Positions 49,499 through 53,714 of a stretch of DNA of 53,714 bases are shown here, piece after piece. Every line of letters begins with the position of its first letter. Position 1 is the stretch's first letter. Where the stretch lies: sequence record DRR378314_1164; one strand, given 5' to 3'. The notes beneath the pieces were generated by a model. It was not told the DNA's origin. It saw only the letters and a program-made list of their open reading frames with translations, and did no database searches. The position numbers were made by a program, and so were the translations under genes.

Positions 49499-52400
49499 TT
49501 ATTGAACCACCACACCCACAGCATCTAAGTAATAGTCTGTATAGGTGTTGTACTGGCCTTGCAACCACATAATGACTTTGTGTTTTTCTGAGTTAACTAT
49601 CATTGGGCGCAAGTTTTCGTTGTGCTTGTCATTGGTTAACTGCTCCCACTCAATACTGCTTGTATCATCGCTCAAATCAATTTTTGCGTGGAATATTTGA
49701 TGCGGCATATCTAAAGATTCCCCGGTTGCAGGGTTTACGTCGGTTGAAATTACCGCATGAGCTGGGTTTCCCGGGTCAAGCGAGATTAAACCTGTGTAAC
49801 TGGCTTCGCGCTCATATAAGCGGCTACCGGCAAAAGCAACTTCCCGGTCATGCCATTGTTCACCGTCCCAGGATGCCAGCCGATAGCGCTGATCCTGATT
49901 GCTTAGATAGTAGGTATAGGCGATATGCGGGTAGCCTTTATCGTCAAACGCCACAGAGCTGGTCCAGGCGCTTTTCTCTGCACTTAATTCATGACTACGA
50001 AAATCTCCACCGCCGCCTTCAAACAGTTTTTCAGCTTCGGATGGTTTTAACGGGCCGTCTTCTTTTAAGTTTTTGATGAGGGTGCCGTCTACGGTGTAAA
50101 AGTTACCGTTACGGAATTCTGCGTAATAAATGCTGTTACCAAAATCCCGTGGGTGGGCGTCGGTGAACGACAAACCAATGGTGTCTTTACCATTACCTGC
50201 GTAGCGAGCATAAGGTCTTTGTACGCCAGGCACTTCGTTTTGAATGAGGTGAACATGCTCGTCACTCCAGGTGACACCATCATCTTTAGAGGTGACATAA
50301 GTGGGGTTCCAGTCGATGCCCCGATAAAGATTGTACAAAGTGCCTTCTTCCGCTAAATCGTATAAGTTCATATAAGTCACTCTGACAGGGCTTTCTATGG
50401 TTTTTTCTTCGCCCCAATCTAAGAAATCATCCGATTCAGAAATACGGTAATAATGTACTTTCTCTGTATTATGACGAGCGTATACTGTTAATAGGTTCCC
50501 ATCGGGACGGGCGTAAAAAACCGGTGAATTATGGTCGTCGTGATCAAACTCTGGCTTTAATGTTGTCCGGCCCAATAATTGCTGTTTTTCTAAGTCATAG
50601 ACTCCAACGGCCGCATCGCCAATACCATTACCGGCCACGCTACCTATGACCAACTTACCATTCTGAATGATGGCTCGCGGGTCTTGAAACCAACACCAGC
50701 CGGCGTTATGCATGAAGGTTTTTATTGGGCTATAAACGACCTTTTTTTCGCTCTCTTCGGCTTTTAGCAGCTTGTGCATTTCTGTGCCTGCCGCAAGAAA
50801 TGCGCCTACGCCATAAACCTCAGTGAAGTCAGGGAAGGAGTCACCCGGCGCTGCGCCAACGGGTTGCACAAATGCCAGCATGCCCTCGTCAGTCACTGAT
50901 TTTGAGATAGCGCGCCAGGCTTTCATAAGAGCCGGGCGATAGGTGTCTTTATCAAGGTAGCCCTGGTTGATACCCCATGCGAGACCGTACACGTAAAATG
51001 ACGTACCGCTGGTTTCTTTAATGGGATAGCCTTCTTTGCCACCTAATAAGCCCATTGACCAGGTACCGTCATCCCGTTGAATTTCAATTAAACGGGCAGC
51101 AATTTTTTTATATAAGTTAATATAAAAGTCACGCTTTTCCCAAGTGACAGGTAAGTCAGGAATCATCAGCGCAAGGCCACCAAATACCCAGCCATTACCA
51201 CGGGCCCAAAAAACGTCCTCGCCATTTTTTTCACTTTGATCAAAGTAGCTTGAGTCACGCCAGAACAGGTGGTCTTCTTCGCTCCATAGCAAATTGTAGG
51301 TGGCTTTATATTCCTGATGCATGAAGTCTAAATACTTTTTCTCGCCGGTAATTTTTGCTAAACGAGCCCACACAGGAGGCGCCATAAATAGAGCGTCACA
51401 CCAACCCCAACGGTCGTGGGCATGAGTGTGCTCGGCGTGCCAGTTGAGTGTGCCTGTTTTTGGGTTAGCTAAAATCCAGTCAAACTGATTACGCGTTGGC
51501 TCAAGCATTTCGGGCTGGTGAAAGTCTTCATAAAAAGACAAATAGAATTGGCCAACGGCGTGGTCGTCAGCGTGATAGGGGCGTTGGTGCAACGTCCAGT
51601 TATTGCGCTCTCCAATGTCTTTTAACCATTCCATGTATTTTGGGTCATCAGCAATTTTGCGCCATTCATTCATACCCGCGTACAATGCGCCATGGTGCCA
51701 TTCCAGGTCATGATAGCGCTTGCGGTTCATCCATTCGGGCGGCTTACGGGGAAGGGCGCGATATTTTCCTTGTTCCTCATGATGCTCAATTTGCCAGTCA
51801 GCAACCTTTTTAGTTAATGCTTTAACTGAGTTCGCAGTCACTTCGCTCACATTAGCTTTTGCTAAGTAGCTGTCAGCATAATCTTGCCACGCTTCAAAGC
51901 TGGTTATGTCACCGGCTTTTGACCAGACAGAGCCAACATAATAGGTAATCTGGCCTTGTTTATCTGTTTGCGTCACAAGCACTGCGTGAGAGCGATCTTT
52001 TTGCTCAATTTGCTGCAATACATACTGGGTGTGAGTGAATTTAGGCAAGGCTACTGAAGTACCTACCTGGCTGCCGTCAATGGTTTCCCAGGTGGTTATT
52101 GTGTCGCCTTCTGAATTAACGTTTGCCGCGGCTTTACCGTCATGCGTGGTTACCCCAACCGCGACTTGTAACTGAACAGGCTGACCATCTTGAGTAAATT
52201 GACTTTGTGCCTGATAAAACTGGCTACCTTTCTCTAAGGTAATGCGCTTTGTTTCGACAATACCTTGTGCGTTGTAGCTATAGGTGAGTTCAAAAACGAT
52301 TTTATCTGAGGTCTTTTCTATTATCGAGTAGTCGCTATAGACATTAGGCTGCACGAGTTTGTCATCGCCATTTGCTTGCTGATTCCATAAGGCAATTGAG

Positions 52401-52729
52401 CCGCACCCAAGTGAACTACCAACATGGTACGGGTCGTAACCTTCGCCATGGTCTTCATGATAGGAAACGCCATTTGCGTTTTCTTTATACCATTTATCGA
52501 TAATGGGGTAGTCGACTCGTTTGAGCCAGCAGTCAGTACCGTTGTTTTCGGTAGAGTCCTTTAATGCCGGGCCATAAAGACGAAATGCGACCTTGTCATT
52601 TTCAAACGCAAAGTCGTCCATACGCTCTGGCACATGGCGTGCCTGAACGACAGTTTCTGGCGCTTGTGTGGTACAACTACCGAGCAGTAACAGCGAGCTA
52701 ATAGAAGCAAGCCTGAGCAGTTTATTCAT
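49499..52729 (-). CDS. Multidomain lipoprotein: DUF4861-like + GH105/GH88 unsaturated uronyl hydrolase + BNR_4-like beta-propeller
   Basis: Lipobox LGSC; ERMDDFAFENDKVAFRLYG (DUF4861-like); HADD, WCDALFMAPP, FWARGNGW, ETSGT (GH105); WCWFQDPRA, HDDHN, SKDDGVTW (BNR). Confidence 0.8.
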   Translation of the reverse strand: MNKLLRLASISSLLLLGSCTTQAPETVVQARHVPERMDDFAFENDKVAFRLYGPALKDSTENNGTDCWLKRVDYPIIDKWYKENANGVSYHEDHGEGYDPYHVGSSLGCGSIALWNQQANGDDKLVQPNVYSDYSIIEKTSDKIVFELTYSYNAQGIVETKRITLEKGSQFYQAQSQFTQDGQPVQLQVAVGVTTHDGKAAANVNSEGDTITTWETIDGSQVGTSVALPKFTHTQYVLQQIEQKDRSHAVLVTQTDKQGQITYYVGSVWSKAGDITSFEAWQDYADSYLAKANVSEVTANSVKALTKKVADWQIEHHEEQGKYRALPRKPPEWMNRKRYHDLEWHHGALYAGMNEWRKIADDPKYMEWLKDIGERNNWTLHQRPYHADDHAVGQFYLSFYEDFHQPEMLEPTRNQFDWILANPKTGTLNWHAEHTHAHDRWGWCDALFMAPPVWARLAKITGEKKYLDFMHQEYKATYNLLWSEEDHLFWRDSSYFDQSEKNGEDVFWARGNGWVFGGLALMIPDLPVTWEKRDFYINLYKKIAARLIEIQRDDGTWSMGLLGGKEGYPIKETSGTSFYVYGLAWGINQGYLDKDTYRPALMKAWRAISKSVTDEGMLAFVQPVGAAPGDSFPDFTEVYGVGAFLAAGTEMHKLLKAEESEKKVVYSPIKTFMHNAGWCWFQDPRAIIQNGKLVIGSVAGNGIGDAAVGVYDLEKQQLLGRTTLKPEFDHDDHNSPVFYARPDGNLLTVYARHNTEKVHYYRISESDDFLDWGEEKTIESPVRVTYMNLYDLAEEGTLYNLYRGIDWNPTYVTSKDDGVTWSDEHVHLIQNEVPGVQRPYARYAGNGKDTIGLSFTDAHPRDFGNSIYYAEFRNGNFYTVDGTLIKNLKEDGPLKPSEAEKLFEGGGGDFRSHELSAEKSAWTSSVAFDDKGYPHIAYTYYLSNQDQRYRLASWDGEQWHDREVAFAGSRLYEREASYTGLISLDPGNPAHAVISTDVNPATGESLDMPHQIFHAKIDLSDDTSSIEWEQLTNDKHNENLRPMIVNSEKHKVIMWLQGQYNTYTDYYLDAVGVVVQ

Positions 52730-52784
52730 GTGCCATATCTCCCGTGGGTTTATTCATTATTATTACCATGGCTTATAAGATTAT

Positions 52785-52802
52785 TATCATACTGTAATAC
52801 AA
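52785..52802 (-). promoter_or_regulatory. Possible GntR/FadR-type operator upstream of the GH105 fusion
   Basis: Minus strand ttgtattacagtatgata contains the near-palindrome TGTAtTACA. Confidence 0.3.
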
Positions 52803-52915
52803 TTAACTTTAATTCAATATTAGACTTGCTTGGAATAAAAGAATGGTGAGTTATTTTTTGTTTGCATGGGTGGTAAATAAGAAGGGCAATTATTCGGAGC
52901 TCATAAAACAAAAAA

Positions 52916-53044
52916 CCTGACATGAATGTCAGGCTATGTACGTTGCAGCCAGATGTTCACATCAGGTTAGGCATCGCACCTGACATAAATGTCAGGCTAC
53001 GAAATCCTTGTAGCCTGATGTTTACATCAGGTGAGGTATCTCAC
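52916..53044. repeat. Cluster of four alternating GTAG REP arms (BIME-like)
   Basis: Arms at 52916-52937, 52945-52966, 52979-53000 and 53010-53031; the middle pair is a 56-bp doublet. Confidence 0.9.
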
Positions 53045-53046
53045 TT

Positions 53047-53571
53047 TTAGAAGTGGTAAGTCACGCCTAAATGTACTTCATTGTCGATGCTGTTGAAGTT
53101 TCCACGGAAACCCGCGTCAGCAGAGAATTGCTCAGTGAAAGCGTAACGTAAGCGCGCACCAACTGATGCAAAGCCGTCTAAGCCCCAGTCATAACCGGCG
53201 TCTACAATAGCAGTGGTTTGCTGGCTTAACTTAGTCATAGTACCGATACCGGCATAAGCGCTGGTGTCGTCGTAGTTGCCAAAGTCATAGTGGCTAACAC
53301 CGGCTTTCAGGAATGTATTGAACTGCTTACCTGCGCCCATGTCCATGAAATATTTAGCGCCAGCACGAAGTGAGTAGTCACCCATATCTTGCAGTTGTAT
53401 TTCACCAACCCAGTTTGGGGCGATAGTTTTGGATCCTTCTACGTAGAAGTCGGAATCGTAGAAATCGGAGAAACCGCCGCTAACATAGTTTAAATCATCA
53501 GCTTTGCTGGCTGCTGAAAACATAAGCGAGCCGCTTGCGAGTAGAGCTGTTGTTAGTATAAGTTTTTTCAT
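53047..53571 (-). CDS. Small outer membrane beta-barrel protein
   Basis: Signal peptide (ASKA-D), alternating aromatic beta-strands, C-terminal GVTYHF; ATG 53571 after AAGGAGG. Confidence 0.8.
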   Translation of the reverse strand: MKKLILTTALLASGSLMFSAASKADDLNYVSGGFSDFYDSDFYVEGSKTIAPNWVGEIQLQDMGDYSLRAGAKYFMDMGAGKQFNTFLKAGVSHYDFGNYDDTSAYAGIGTMTKLSQQTTAIVDAGYDWGLDGFASVGARLRYAFTEQFSADAGFRGNFNSIDNEVHLGVTYHF

Positions 53572-53685
53572 AGTTTGCCTCCTTGGATATGACATTTGTA
53601 TTATGGCATCTAAGAGGCGAAATAGCAGCCCTTCAACTGTAAAGGTTCAGTAAAATAAAGGGCTGCAGAGGTGGTGTGTGTCGTT

Positions 53686-53714
53686 GTAGCCTGACATTTA
53701 TGTCAGGTGAGATA
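53686..53714. repeat. GTAG REP arm plus partial spacer, truncated by the window end
   Basis: gtagcctgacatttatgtcagg + tgagata. Confidence 0.9.

Noticed and set aside
49415-52916. Integrase-driven genomic island at the guaA 3' end
   Set aside because: guaA is a known integration hotspot, but no integrase follows it and I saw no duplicate of the guaA 3' end.
52916-53044. Repeat cluster as a CRISPR array
   Set aside because: Units alternate in orientation, spacers are only 7-12 nt, identical units are scattered across the window, and there are no cas genes; it is a REP/BIME cluster.

Overview
A chromosomal segment, probably a whole contig, from a marine gammaproteobacterium. Gene content and style suggest Alteromonadales, Idiomarina-like; that assignment is inference. 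The left 31.6 kb is a surface-polysaccharide region. It starts with a beta-CASP metallo-hydrolase and an OafA-type O-acetyltransferase on the minus strand. An ops/JUMPStart-led Wzx/Wzy cluster follows, resembling P. aeruginosa O5 (wzz, wbpA/B/D/E, wzx, a D-glucuronyl C5-epimerase-like gene, wzy, two GT4s, wbpI, a phosphoglycosyl transferase). Then come glmS, a UDP-GlcA 4-epimerase, ugd, a large Wza/SLBB exporter, a group 4 capsule gfcA-gfcB-gfcC/D(fused) operon, wbpM and pgi. The right part holds a lipoprotein S8 protease with a chaperone-like partner, and a TtpC-type TonB operon divergent (across Fur-like boxes) from a TonB-dependent receptor plus a Tyr-ligated MauG-like di-heme protein. It continues with a hipBA-like module, cysQ, a lipoprotein, guaBA, a DUF4861-GH105-BNR fusion lipoprotein and a small beta-barrel OMP. 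Intergenic DNA carries a GTAG-type REP family forming 56-bp doublets with covarying stems, plus one 145-bp branched palindrome. The two best candidates for undescribed biology are the receptor/MauG-like oxidase/TonB unit and the doubly anchored periplasmic C5-epimerase in a di-N-acetyl-mannuronate O-antigen locus. All family calls come from motif recognition by eye; no database searches were run.
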